Both the position numbers and the translations under genes were made by a program. From the sequence record OZ335961.1: a stretch of DNA of 64,000 nucleotides; one strand, given 5' to 3'. Each line of letters begins with the position of its first letter. Position 1 is the first letter of the stretch. The DNA is from a phage. Below are positions 43,656 to 53,120 of the stretch, piece by piece. The notes under the pieces were generated by a model. It was given only the letters and a program-made list of their open reading frames with translations, searched no databases and was not told where the DNA came from.

Positions 43656-45472
43656 TACTGGCTCATCCATTCTTTACGAAGGTCAGCATTATCCCCCATG
43701 AGCATTTCAAAAAGCTCTTTCCAGTTCTCAGGAAGTTTAACAACATCATATACCGGATTTTGAATCATCTCACGATATTCAGATTTTTCCAAAGAGCCAA
43801 GTCCCTTAATATAACGGATGCTATGTTTAGGTAGAGCATCTTTGGCACTCTCATATTCAGCGACTGTATAAAACCATTCTTGTTTTTTACCGACCTGAGC
43901 GATGATTACAGGAGTTTTGACGAAGCGAATTCTTCCTTGTTCAAACAGTTCTGGCCAATTACTAAAAAATCCGAGCAGAGAAGGATAAATGCTTCCTAGA
44001 CCATCATGGTCAGCATCAGTCATAATAGCAATATTATGATAATTCAAGTTTTCAGCCTTTTCACCAAGAACTAATCCAGTGATTGCGCAAATATCAAACA
44101 GTTCTTTGTTTTTAAGCATATCAGCATATGACATACCCCAACTGTTGAGAACTTTACCACGTAATGGATAACCACCATGAAGTTCTTTATCACGAACATC
44201 AATAAGATATCCGATAGCAGAATCACCCTCAGTCAAGAAAAGAGTAGTGTCAGCGTCTTTACCACAAAGATTCGCTTTAATATGTTTATGAACTTTAGCT
44301 TTAGAAGCCTTTTTAGCTGCTTTAGTTTCTGCTGCTTTTTCTGCTGCCAATTTACGAGCCAAGGCAGCTTCAATAATTGGCATTAAAATTGCTTCATTAT
44401 TTAAAATAGCGCGTGAAATCTTTTTAGCATCAAGCTGAATATGACTACGAATTTCACCAAATGGAGAAGTCAAACGCTCTTTAGTCTGAGAATCAAATCG
44501 CATGTTTTTCATATCACGAACAAACATAACGATAGTCAAACATTCTTTAACACGTGCTTTAGTTACATCAATTTTGAATTTACGTTTGATTTGTGGAATA
44601 AGGTCTTCACAAATATCATCCATAACACAATCAATGTGATGGCCACCATTCTTAGTATGAATGTTATTGACGTATGTTAATTGACGAAAACCATCCGGTG
44701 AACGACCAACCGCAATAGAACAATTTTCTTGTTCTTGAACAATAGCATGCTCATCATATTGGCGTGCATATTTCTTAAAATTACCCTGAACCTTTTTACC
44801 ATTAAAGGTAAATTGAATATCAGGATAAACTACTGCAAGTGTCTGGAGACGATCCAGTGTAATGTCAAGATAAACTTGAGATAGCTCATTAGTTTCAAAT
44901 GACATAAAATCAGGAATGAAAGTAACGCGAGTTCCTTTCCATTTTCCAGGAATATCTTCCCATGATTTATTTTCCATGCCATTTGAACAACGAACTACAA
45001 TATTATTTTGACCGTCGCCAGTTTCACCGACAAACATCACAGAAAAAATGTTAGTTAAACTAGAACCAACACCGTTCATACCGCCAGTGACACGTTCTTT
45101 ATCATCACCGAAATTACCACCTGCTTTTGGAATAGTCCAGGCAGCAACAGGACCAGGAATTTCTTCACCAGTAGGTGTTTTAACCATCGCTTGTGGAATA
45201 CCACGACCGTTATCTTCAACTGTTACTTGATTGTTTTTAATAGTAACATTAATTTTATTTGCGAATTTAAACTTAGTACGAATACCTTCATCTACCGAGT
45301 TATCGATAATTTCATCAATAAGCTTAACAAGACCAGGTACATACTGAACACTTTCCCATTTACCAAACAGAAAGCGCTCATGCATTTCATTAGCGGAAGA
45401 GCCAATGTACATGCCGCTACGCTTTTTGATATGTTCAATATCGCTCAGAATTTTAATTTCATTCTTAATCAT
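43655..45472 (-). CDS. 39: DNA topoisomerase II large (ATPase) subunit, unsplit gp39
   Basis: ~605 aa from MIKNEIKILSDIEHIKKRSGMYIGS...; GyrB-like ATPase and TOPRIM domains in one ORF. Confidence 0.9.
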   Translation of the reverse strand: MIKNEIKILSDIEHIKKRSGMYIGSSANEMHERFLFGKWESVQYVPGLVKLIDEIIDNSVDEGIRTKFKFANKINVTIKNNQVTVEDNGRGIPQAMVKTPTGEEIPGPVAAWTIPKAGGNFGDDKERVTGGMNGVGSSLTNIFSVMFVGETGDGQNNIVVRCSNGMENKSWEDIPGKWKGTRVTFIPDFMSFETNELSQVYLDITLDRLQTLAVVYPDIQFTFNGKKVQGNFKKYARQYDEHAIVQEQENCSIAVGRSPDGFRQLTYVNNIHTKNGGHHIDCVMDDICEDLIPQIKRKFKIDVTKARVKECLTIVMFVRDMKNMRFDSQTKERLTSPFGEIRSHIQLDAKKISRAILNNEAILMPIIEAALARKLAAEKAAETKAAKKASKAKVHKHIKANLCGKDADTTLFLTEGDSAIGYLIDVRDKELHGGYPLRGKVLNSWGMSYADMLKNKELFDICAITGLVLGEKAENLNYHNIAIMTDADHDGLGSIYPSLLGFFSNWPELFEQGRIRFVKTPVIIAQVGKKQEWFYTVAEYESAKDALPKHSIRYIKGLGSLEKSEYREMIQNPVYDVVKLPENWKELFEMLMGDNADLRKEWMSQ

Positions 45473-45541
45473 CACTTATCCTCGTTTGGTTTCGGGAATA
45501 TTATACTCCAATAATCATAAAGCTAAAGGCCCGAAGGCCTT

Positions 45542-45802
45542 TTATTTAAAACGGATAGTTGAATCCTTGAAGAATAGACCAGAACATACGGTTCCTTCTA
45601 CTTTCTGCCCGGTAGGTCCAATAGCGCGAAATCCAGTATGTTGGAAATCATTTTCAGAGCAACCGAACCAGTTATATCCAGTGATTTCAATATTAGTAAA
45701 ACCGCTTGAAGACAAAACTTTGGTTGCATTATCAGCATCAGTGCATCCTGCTAAAGACACTGCTAATACTAATGCCGCGATAGAACGATTAACATATTTC
45801 AT
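45542..45802 (-). CDS. putative lipoprotein (~86 aa)
   Basis: Signal peptide with lipobox SLAGC; hairpin downstream. Confidence 0.45.
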   Translation of the reverse strand: MKYVNRSIAALVLAVSLAGCTDADNATKVLSSSGFTNIEITGYNWFGCSENDFQHTGFRAIGPTGQKVEGTVCSGLFFKDSTIRFK

Positions 45803-45806
45803 AATT

Positions 45807-46178
45807 TCACTCAAATTTAATGGCTTGAAGGAGACTAATAATTCTCAAGCGACTTCTTTCATCTTTAACTGTAAAAGAAAGAGGGTCACCAGATTTCATA
45901 GTGATAGTACATTCAAAATCAAAATCTTCAGGAACTTCTTCGAAGAAGTCAAATTCTTCATCATAAATTAGAACATTACTCTGAAAACTGTGAAGAATTT
46001 TTCCATCATTTCCAGATGCTGTACTAATCATTGTAACATTATGGCCTTTCATATCTTCAACGATAAATTCACTTGTAGATATTACGACATTAATAGAACC
46101 ATTCCTATAAATAGAAGAAAGTAGATATTTCTTTTCTTCACCTTCGCGAACACGATATTTCTTACCGATTTTAAACAT
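45807..46178 (-). CDS. hypothetical protein (~123 aa)
   Basis: ORF track; track start appears to be GTG, trimmed to ATG. Confidence 0.45.
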   Translation of the reverse strand: MFKIGKKYRVREGEEKKYLLSSIYRNGSINVVISTSEFIVEDMKGHNVTMISTASGNDGKILHSFQSNVLIYDEEFDFFEEVPEDFDFECTITMKSGDPLSFTVKDERSRLRIISLLQAIKFE

Positions 46179-46180
46179 AA

Positions 46181-46357
46181 TCACCCTTTAAGTAAGTCGT
46201 AAAAACCACCATTCACATGCTTAGGAGCAGAAGGCCGACGAGTAGACAAACGATGACATTTAGGGCAAACATCATTTTCTCGTTCAGAAATCTTTTTAAT
46301 TTTTTCATATTTATGGCCGCAATCTTCGGATTGGCATTTATAATCATACATTGGCAT
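46181..46357 (-). CDS. FmdB-like zinc-ribbon small protein (~57 aa)
   Basis: Hand-translated MPMYDYKCQSEDCGHKYEK...CPKCH; two CxxC pairs; below ORF-track cutoff. Confidence 0.4.
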   Translation of the reverse strand: MPMYDYKCQSEDCGHKYEKIKKISERENDVCPKCHRLSTRRPSAPKHVNGGFYDLLKG

Positions 46358-46359
46358 AA

Positions 46360-46779
46360 TTATTCCTTAAAGTGAGCTTTCAACATCTGGTACAAGGACC
46401 ATGCCTGTTCATTATTTTCAATAGTAACTTTCATGACAGGAAATGCTGTGAAATCTTCTATTTGTTCTTGCTCTTCCTGCTCTTGCTCTTCAGCTGCCTG
46501 ATATGGATTTTCAACTTCATTAAAGAATTCAGCTTCATTCGATGAAAGCCAAATAAAATCTTCATCCAAAATATCTTTACCAGAAGATAGTACTAAATTT
46601 CCAGCAAATGACATAATTTTAATAGGACGCCCAAGAGCATCCACATCTAAAATTTTAAAAGGATGCATACCTAAACGGCGTGCATAGATTCCGTTATCAG
46701 TATGGTCTTTAATAAAATTTTCTTGAGCTTGTTTATTTTTAAATTGATACCATTTATTAACTTCAAATTTAATAGCCAT
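46360..46779 (-). CDS. hypothetical acidic protein (139 aa)
   Basis: ORF track; poly-acidic [10 protein letters not shown] tract. Confidence 0.5.
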   Translation of the reverse strand: MAIKFEVNKWYQFKNKQAQENFIKDHTDNGIYARRLGMHPFKILDVDALGRPIKIMSFAGNLVLSSGKDILDEDFIWLSSNEAEFFNEVENPYQAAEEQEQEEQEQIEDFTAFPVMKVTIENNEQAWSLYQMLKAHFKE

Positions 46780-46994
46780 TAATAAATTTCCTTCCAGTAA
46801 GTTGTACCGTCTTCAGTGATTTCACGGAATACACCGTAAATTGGTTGTTTATCACCAACCTTTTCATACACATAAACCGAAGTCAAGTGAGTAAACTTAA
46901 CGGTATGTTCCTTTTGAACTACTACCAAATCTGGATCGAATAACACATCTTCAAATTCGTCATTAGTGCAGTTCTGAACAATTTTACGTTTCAT
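46779..46994 (-). CDS. hypothetical protein (71 aa)
   Basis: ORF track. Confidence 0.45.
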   Translation of the reverse strand: MKRKIVQNCTNDEFEDVLFDPDLVVVQKEHTVKFTHLTSVYVYEKVGDKQPIYGVFREITEDGTTYWKEIY

Positions 46995-47166
46995 TACAAT
47001 TTCCTCATTAATTGAACATTGGAGCGATGCGTTTCAGAAGAGTGGCAGCACCTTTGGCAAATTTTCCATTTTATTCTCCAAGTTATTTTCTGTATCAGTA
47101 GTTGATATTGATATAGTACCATAATCAACTACTGATGTATATAGTTTTATGAAAAAATTTTAAACT

Positions 47167-47655
47167 TTATGCATAGAGAGCTTTGCTGTAATGTTTAATC
47201 CAGCTTTCAGGAATGACTTTGTATGTTCCTAAAAATACCACATTATACAGCTTAACACCGTCTTCTACCCACTGATCGGTAATGTATGCGCACATAGCAC
47301 GAGTATAAACAGCCACACCATCATCTTTGATAAATTTAAATTCACAGGGAGCAATGAACTTAATAGCCTGACCGAGTTTCCACTTAAAGTCTACACCTAC
47401 ATGTGACGTATCAATCGTTTCAATTCCTTTAGCAGGAACAGCTTTCAAAAACGCAGACTCAAGAAATTTCGCACGAACATAGCCAAACTGAGGTTTAGAC
47501 TTTCCATCTTTAGGAATGATACGCACTTTTACTTCAGAATCTTCATCTTTAACACCATGTTTAAGCTGAATGCTTACAATTTCAACCAATTTTCCTGCTG
47601 CTTTAGAACGGGATTTATCAGATACACGAGCAATTTCACCAATATTAATAATCAT
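47167..47655 (-). CDS. hypothetical protein (162 aa), possibly MotB-like
   Basis: 162 aa as T4 MotB; C-terminal motif shared with the next ORF. Confidence 0.45.
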   Translation of the reverse strand: MIINIGEIARVSDKSRSKAAGKLVEIVSIQLKHGVKDEDSEVKVRIIPKDGKSKPQFGYVRAKFLESAFLKAVPAKGIETIDTSHVGVDFKWKLGQAIKFIAPCEFKFIKDDGVAVYTRAMCAYITDQWVEDGVKLYNVVFLGTYKVIPESWIKHYSKALYA

Positions 47656-47699
47656 AGTTATCTCTCACTTGTTAAAAAGATTTTATACTCCACGGGACC

Positions 47700-47729
47700 A
47701 TTATACTCTGGTCCCAAGAGTTTGTAAAC
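47700..47729 (-). promoter_or_regulatory. T4-type early promoter
   Basis: GTTTAC -35, TATAAT -10; precedes ORF 47167..47655. Confidence 0.45.
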
Positions 47730-47731
47730 TA

Positions 47732-48274
47732 TTAATTCAAAATAGCTACCACTGCACTACGAGGTACTACGCTAAAATCACCTGCATGAACAACGTTCAG
47801 AAGTTCAACGCCATCTTCAATCCACTGGTCTGTTACCCAACCGCAGACCGAAATAAATGGGGTCTTAATAGCTACAGCACGAGTTAGAAGGTCAGTAGGA
47901 TCGCATTCTTGGAAGAGGATAAGCTCTGCTTCAAAGACTATAGTTTTAATTACTTCATCATTATCTAAGCGTTGTGCTCGAATCACGTAAGCTTTATTCT
48001 TATCATGCCAATTACTTTTTGAAAAACTTTTAACCACAAACTCACCTTCACCAAAAACACTAGTCAATGCTTTATAACCCAAACTTAATTCAGTAGTTTT
48101 AATTTCAGTTTCAACCAGTTTGTAGGTTTTGCCAATTTCGATGGTCCGAGCAGTCATAAAGGTTTCCTTAATTTCTAATGGTTTAACAAGAGTGCCGTAC
48201 ATGCTTGCTATATCCATATCAAATATTTTATCTATAGGATTTGGGGTGTATTCAGGATTATAATTAAATTTCAT
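47732..48274 (-). CDS. hypothetical protein (180 aa), paralogue of 47167..47655
   Basis: Shares C-terminal ITDQW(V/I)EDGV(K/E)L(Y/L)NVV motif with the adjacent ORF. Confidence 0.5.
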   Translation of the reverse strand: MKFNYNPEYTPNPIDKIFDMDIASMYGTLVKPLEIKETFMTARTIEIGKTYKLVETEIKTTELSLGYKALTSVFGEGEFVVKSFSKSNWHDKNKAYVIRAQRLDNDEVIKTIVFEAELILFQECDPTDLLTRAVAIKTPFISVCGWVTDQWIEDGVELLNVVHAGDFSVVPRSAVVAILN

Positions 48275-48276
48275 AA

Positions 48277-48777
48277 TTATCTCATTTCAATAAAATCTAT
48301 AAGTTCAGCATGGGATTTACGGAACATTACTTGATGCCCGCCAATGATAACTTGGTCATCTGGCACTTCGTATACAGCAAGATAAAATCCTTTAGAAGAT
48401 AATTCTTCACGCTCTTCTCGTGTGAACCATCTCATCATATCATATTCGCTAGCGAAAGCAAAATGATAAAGAGCTATAAACCATCCTGGAATATGATATT
48501 CTACTCCAACATAATCTTTCTTGAACTTAGTATTAATTACTATATTAGCGTTTTTAACTAATAGTTTATCTTCATGTGGTACAGGAATTCTTTTATTATC
48601 ATCGCTATGATGCATAAAATTAGGTCTACTATAACCTACACGTAATAGCCACTCTTCGCTCCATGAATCTATTATACTCCTGTACGGCGTTATTTGAACA
48701 CAAAGATTTCGACGTATTGTTATAGCATCTTCATAATCAAGAATACTAAACGATGATTCAACACGATAAATTTTCAT
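48277..48777 (-). CDS. hypothetical protein (~166 aa)
   Basis: ORF track trimmed to MKIYRV... with GAGGA SD; promoter element at ~48805-48834. Confidence 0.5.
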   Translation of the reverse strand: MKIYRVESSFSILDYEDAITIRRNLCVQITPYRSIIDSWSEEWLLRVGYSRPNFMHHSDDNKRIPVPHEDKLLVKNANIVINTKFKKDYVGVEYHIPGWFIALYHFAFASEYDMMRWFTREEREELSSKGFYLAVYEVPDDQVIIGGHQVMFRKSHAELIDFIEMR

Positions 48778-48804
48778 TTTATTATCCTCAGTAGCTATGG
48801 TGTT

Positions 48805-48834
48805 ATAATACCACAACTAACCGAGGAAGTAAAC
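48805..48834 (-). promoter_or_regulatory. T4-type early promoter
   Basis: GTTTAC -35, TATTAT -10; precedes trimmed ORF 48277..48777. Confidence 0.45.
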
Positions 48835-48840
48835 AACTTT

Positions 48841-49524
48841 TTATCGTTTTGTTTGAAGAGACAGAGGATCGCACTCTTCCTCTGACGGAGCATCTTCAAG
48901 ACCCATAGCATATCGCAAAGCATACTTCATCATCAGGATGTCTTTTGCACAGTCATGAATAGAATCATGTGCAACGAATCCATCTAAAGTTCCCTTTGGA
49001 AGAGGACACGTGGTCATATCACGAACAAGCAGAAGTGCTTCAATTCTGGTACGAATATCACGCTGATTCCAGAATTTACATGGTTCTAACTTAAATGTGT
49101 CAAGTTCATTCTCGGAAACGCCGTTAAGACGTTGAATATCGCGAATGAGATCGACTAAAATTGGAAAATCAAACGACATTCCACGGCACCAGCCTTGAGA
49201 TTTCCAAGGATCGATATTATGCGCATTGATGTAATCATTAAATTTTGCAATACCATCGATAGTGCTTACATCTTCATCTGATGGCGCAATATTTTTTCGA
49301 GCTTCAGGAGATTGATTTTTCCACCATTCGATAGTGCTTTTAGTAAAAAGACGTTGTCCTTTTTGGCTTTTTAAATCAAATTTGATTTTAATGCCACGCG
49401 AAACTAATTCATCAAATGTTTCAACTACTTCTGGATTAGGGTCAAAGGCAATAACAGCCAAATCAATAACAGCTGCCTTTTCACCGCTTCCCATTGTTTC
49501 AAAATCTATAATAAAATCAAACAT
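48841..49524 (-). CDS. dexA: exonuclease A (DEDD 3'-5' exonuclease)
   Basis: 227 aa as T4 DexA; N-terminal DFET Exo I motif. Confidence 0.8.
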   Translation of the reverse strand: MFDFIIDFETMGSGEKAAVIDLAVIAFDPNPEVVETFDELVSRGIKIKFDLKSQKGQRLFTKSTIEWWKNQSPEARKNIAPSDEDVSTIDGIAKFNDYINAHNIDPWKSQGWCRGMSFDFPILVDLIRDIQRLNGVSENELDTFKLEPCKFWNQRDIRTRIEALLLVRDMTTCPLPKGTLDGFVAHDSIHDCAKDILMMKYALRYAMGLEDAPSEEECDPLSLQTKR

Positions 49525-49799
49525 TAAATTTTCCTCGCTAAATCGCGAATTTGACCTACAGTATAATCTTGGATATAAACTTTATTAATGGGCTCATCAA
49601 TAAATTTTGCCATAGATTCAATATCTTTTTGTATCTCTTCAAGACTGTATACTATCTTTAAAGCTTTTTCGCGAATAGTAACATTATCAGGTCCTGAATT
49701 TTCTTGAATGACAGCTTTAACGTTTGTCATAAGAGATTTAAACTGATGCAAACTTAATTCAATCATTAATAACCGCCTTATAAAGATGGCTAATTTCAC
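49524..49799 (-). CDS. hypothetical protein (91 aa)
   Basis: ORF track. Confidence 0.4.
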   Translation of the reverse strand: MKLAIFIRRLLMIELSLHQFKSLMTNVKAVIQENSGPDNVTIREKALKIVYSLEEIQKDIESMAKFIDEPINKVYIQDYTVGQIRDLARKI

Positions 49800-50004
49800 C
49801 TAAAACATAATCACTGATTGTAACAGTTTTCACTTCACCGCAAAAGAATTCTAATGCAATCAAATCTCGTTCAATTTCTTCCAATTGAAGCATTAACTTG
49901 CCTGATTCAATTTTCACATTTTTGCGATTTTTACTATAAGCTATTTCATAAATTTCGCTCACTTTATCTTGAAGCAGATAAAACTGGTCTTTAGTTATTT
50001 CCAC
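49759..50004 (-). CDS. hypothetical protein (81 aa)
   Basis: ORF track; overlaps previous ORF. Confidence 0.4.
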   Translation of the reverse strand: MEITKDQFYLLQDKVSEIYEIAYSKNRKNVKIESGKLMLQLEEIERDLIALEFFCGEVKTVTISDYVLGEISHLYKAVIND

Positions 50005-50025
50005 GAATAGCTTCCTCGAATTTAA

Positions 50026-51345
50026 TCATACGTAAAACACATCATAACGACCACGAGTGACACCAACATAAAGAAGCTGCTGAGCTAGTTCAGCGTCTGC
50101 GTAATGAATACAAGGTGTATAGATGAAAGCACGGTCTACAGACATACCCTGAGCTTTATGGAATGTTGATGCAGGAAGTGCTTTCACTTTACTAAACTGT
50201 GATTTAGCATCCCAAAAATCACTCCACGGAGCTTTTCCACCTTTATTCCAATTTTTATAAGTTTCTGCCGTTTTACCTAAAAATAGGTTAAATTTATACA
50301 GCTCTTCATCAGATGAAATTATTTTAATCTTTTCACGATAATATTCATCATCGCCGTAAGTTTCTACTGTTAAATCCCAATGACGAATTAGATATTCTCC
50401 AGAAACACCACGAGCTTTAACAAATGTTGATGTATACTCTGCTTCTATAATACGAACTAATTGCCCGTTATTAAAAATAATTTCTGACACAGGCTTTCCA
50501 TCAATTTTATATGTTTTAATTAATGGTTCCTGCATTACAATAATTTCACCAACGATAAAATCTTTATCAGTTTCAAAAATCTTTTTGCGAATAATGCTAT
50601 TTAACTTGTCGACAGATTTATTCGTAAATGCCATTACGCGATTTTCAAACAAATCATCTAGTGATTTTACGATTGAAAAATAATTTACCATAAAATCGCG
50701 TAAAGCGGTATCACCAGTAAATCCACGTACTCCATGCCCGTCAACAACTTTATCATAAATCCACTTACCATTACGAACATCAGTAGCTACATCAATAATA
50801 GGAGCATTACTGCGTTTAACTTCAGTGAGTTCACACTGATAAAAATCTTTGTGCGTAAAGAATGGACTGATATAAGCAGTGTTTTCTCCTGGGTCAACGG
50901 GTCTAATTTGCTTATTATCGCCTATTCCAATTATAGTACACCATGGCGGGATAGTTGAAAGCAGAATTTTAAATAGCTTTCTATCATACATTGACACTTC
51001 GTCGCAGATTAATACTCTACATTTAGCTAAATCCGGCACTTCTTTTTGTTCAAAAAGAACGTTTTCTTCATATGTTACTGGGTTAATTTTGAGAATACTG
51101 TGAATAGTACTCGCTTCTTTCCCTGACAGTTTTGAAAGAATCTTTTTAGCTGCATGAGTAGGAGCTGCTAAAATAATGCCAGTTTCGCCCGTAGATATTA
51201 AGGCTTCAATGATGAACTTAGTAAGAGTAGTCTTACCAGTACCAGCAGGTCCATTAATAGTTACATGATGTTTCTTTTCTTTAATAGCCCTCATAACGAT
51301 GTTAAAGGCATTTTTCTGACCTTCGGTCAAATCATCAAATGTCAT
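50026..51345 (-). CDS. dda: Dda DNA helicase (SF1B)
   Basis: 439 aa; Walker A GPAGTGKT, Walker B CDEVSM; matches recalled T4 Dda. Confidence 0.9.
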   Translation of the reverse strand: MTFDDLTEGQKNAFNIVMRAIKEKKHHVTINGPAGTGKTTLTKFIIEALISTGETGIILAAPTHAAKKILSKLSGKEASTIHSILKINPVTYEENVLFEQKEVPDLAKCRVLICDEVSMYDRKLFKILLSTIPPWCTIIGIGDNKQIRPVDPGENTAYISPFFTHKDFYQCELTEVKRSNAPIIDVATDVRNGKWIYDKVVDGHGVRGFTGDTALRDFMVNYFSIVKSLDDLFENRVMAFTNKSVDKLNSIIRKKIFETDKDFIVGEIIVMQEPLIKTYKIDGKPVSEIIFNNGQLVRIIEAEYTSTFVKARGVSGEYLIRHWDLTVETYGDDEYYREKIKIISSDEELYKFNLFLGKTAETYKNWNKGGKAPWSDFWDAKSQFSKVKALPASTFHKAQGMSVDRAFIYTPCIHYADAELAQQLLYVGVTRGRYDVFYV

Positions 51346-51653
51346 CGTAAATTCCCTGCAATTGGTATACTAACAATACGCCCAGTATCTAAAATTCGCC
51401 GATATAATCTTTGTGTGTCTACATCAGGCTTAACATGTTTAACTTCTATTTTATTAAACCAAAACTTACGTGGAGTCTCGACTAATCTCGGAATTCCCAT
51501 ACCTAAAGCTAGTCGATACTGATCTTTAAGAGTTGTAAATACTTTATCAGCAATCTCCCTTTCAAAAAATACAGCAGGACGATGTTCATCAAGCGGAACA
51601 GGCACTGCAAATCCATCTTTATCTCTATACACTATCGCATATACATAAAACAT
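51342..51653 (-). CDS. hypothetical protein (103 aa)
   Basis: ORF track. Confidence 0.45.
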   Translation of the reverse strand: MFYVYAIVYRDKDGFAVPVPLDEHRPAVFFEREIADKVFTTLKDQYRLALGMGIPRLVETPRKFWFNKIEVKHVKPDVDTQRLYRRILDTGRIVSIPIAGNLR

Positions 51654-51654
51654 A

Positions 51655-52401
51655 TTATCCTCGGATAAGTTTAAAAATTGAACAATTTAGCGGGTATCCT
51701 CTTTTCAGTTTAAGTTTATCAATAAAAGACAAGTTTTGATACCGCTCTACACCTTGAATAATTTTATCACACATATCATATTGCATTTCTGCTTCTGACA
51801 ACTTTTTCACAGTTTTCCAATCCGAGCCTTTAAGAAGAACGTTCAATTTAACAACTTCAGCGCCTTCTGCTATACGAGAACCATCAATACGAGCTTTGAG
51901 TGCTATAATCGTTAGCTTAACGTCAGAGGTTTGTTTTGATTTAGAAAGCTGAGAAATGTGTTCAATTCGGTTTTCACGTTTTTTCTGTATAGCTTTAATT
52001 TGATTATAAGTCTTTTTGATTTTAGCCCATTTCTTTTCATCTAAATTTAGTTTATGAACTTTTTTCGCAGATGAACGACCAATTCGCAAAGCAAATAAAT
52101 CACGCTTTTCAATCAACTCTTCTAAAGTATAATCAGAACGAAATGTATTATACTTTTTCTTTACTGCAATAACATTCCCTTTAATGTATCCAACGTTATT
52201 ATCAAAACGTTCTAATGATAATTTCTCTCCTTCAATACGATTATCAAAAGGTTCTCCCGAGTAAGCGCAAACTTTCTGATCTAAAATGTTCTTAATATAA
52301 TTGAAGTCTAAGTTAAAATCTTTAGAACGTCTTTTAGCAGATGCCTGAGTGTGCTCTAGACGACGTGTAATTTTACGAATTTGATTTTTAGACAGTTTCA
52401 T
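51655..52401 (-). CDS. hypothetical protein (248 aa), srd position
   Basis: ORF track; early promoter upstream at ~52432-52461. Confidence 0.5.
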   Translation of the reverse strand: MKLSKNQIRKITRRLEHTQASAKRRSKDFNLDFNYIKNILDQKVCAYSGEPFDNRIEGEKLSLERFDNNVGYIKGNVIAVKKKYNTFRSDYTLEELIEKRDLFALRIGRSSAKKVHKLNLDEKKWAKIKKTYNQIKAIQKKRENRIEHISQLSKSKQTSDVKLTIIALKARIDGSRIAEGAEVVKLNVLLKGSDWKTVKKLSEAEMQYDMCDKIIQGVERYQNLSFIDKLKLKRGYPLNCSIFKLIRG

Positions 52402-52431
52402 ATTTTTCTCACGGACGGGTTAACTACTTAT

Positions 52432-52461
52432 ACTATAACATTTTTACTTCAGCTTGTAAAC
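52432..52461 (-). promoter_or_regulatory. T4-type early promoter
   Basis: GTTTAC -35, TATAGT -10; precedes ORF 51655..52401. Confidence 0.45.
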
Positions 52462-52517
52462 AACTTTATGAAAAATGCTTTAAAACTTTCATGGTATAAT
52501 GAATCTAAGTCCTTCCA

Positions 52518-53120
52518 TTATAGATTAAATCCTTCAAAATCAAGAGTATAGATAGTGTATGTTGAATACTTTTTATACTCGTATCTATCCGCAATTCTAA
52601 ATACACTTCCAGCTGGTATCATTACTTCTTGTTCATCTGAAACTAATTCCATATTACGATAGCGATGGCTATCTGGAAACTTAAAACTTGGACTATATTC
52701 TTTACAACGTAAAGCTTTTATAGCATACTCCTGAAAATTAAACACCATAGGAGCTTTGAATTCAAAAATAACTTGTGTGTTGTATTCTAATCCAGAAGCA
52801 AAATGTAGAGCTATATTTTTATCATATGAAGCTGATACTACTTTATCAAATGTAATAATATCAATTCCTTGATTTAACACCTGCTTAGTCTCAACTGGAA
52901 CACCTCTCCAAAGAGGTTTATCGTTTGGAACCAAACGAGATTTGATTATTTCATTTAACCAAGAATGATCGTCTGGCTTATTAGTAATACAATGAATTAA
53001 AAGTTCAATTTCGGATAAATTAAATCCTTCGGAAAGTAATTCTTCACGAATAGAAGCACGCACCGATGCATCCATTGATTTGATTTTAAAATCTTTTAAT
53101 TGCATTGCTGAATATTTCAT
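52518..53120 (-). CDS. modA: ADP-ribosyltransferase
   Basis: 200 aa; ART R-S-E signature (LWRGV, SAS, EQEVMIP); size as T4 ModA. Confidence 0.65.
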   Translation of the reverse strand: MKYSAMQLKDFKIKSMDASVRASIREELLSEGFNLSEIELLIHCITNKPDDHSWLNEIIKSRLVPNDKPLWRGVPVETKQVLNQGIDIITFDKVVSASYDKNIALHFASGLEYNTQVIFEFKAPMVFNFQEYAIKALRCKEYSPSFKFPDSHRYRNMELVSDEQEVMIPAGSVFRIADRYEYKKYSTYTIYTLDFEGFNL

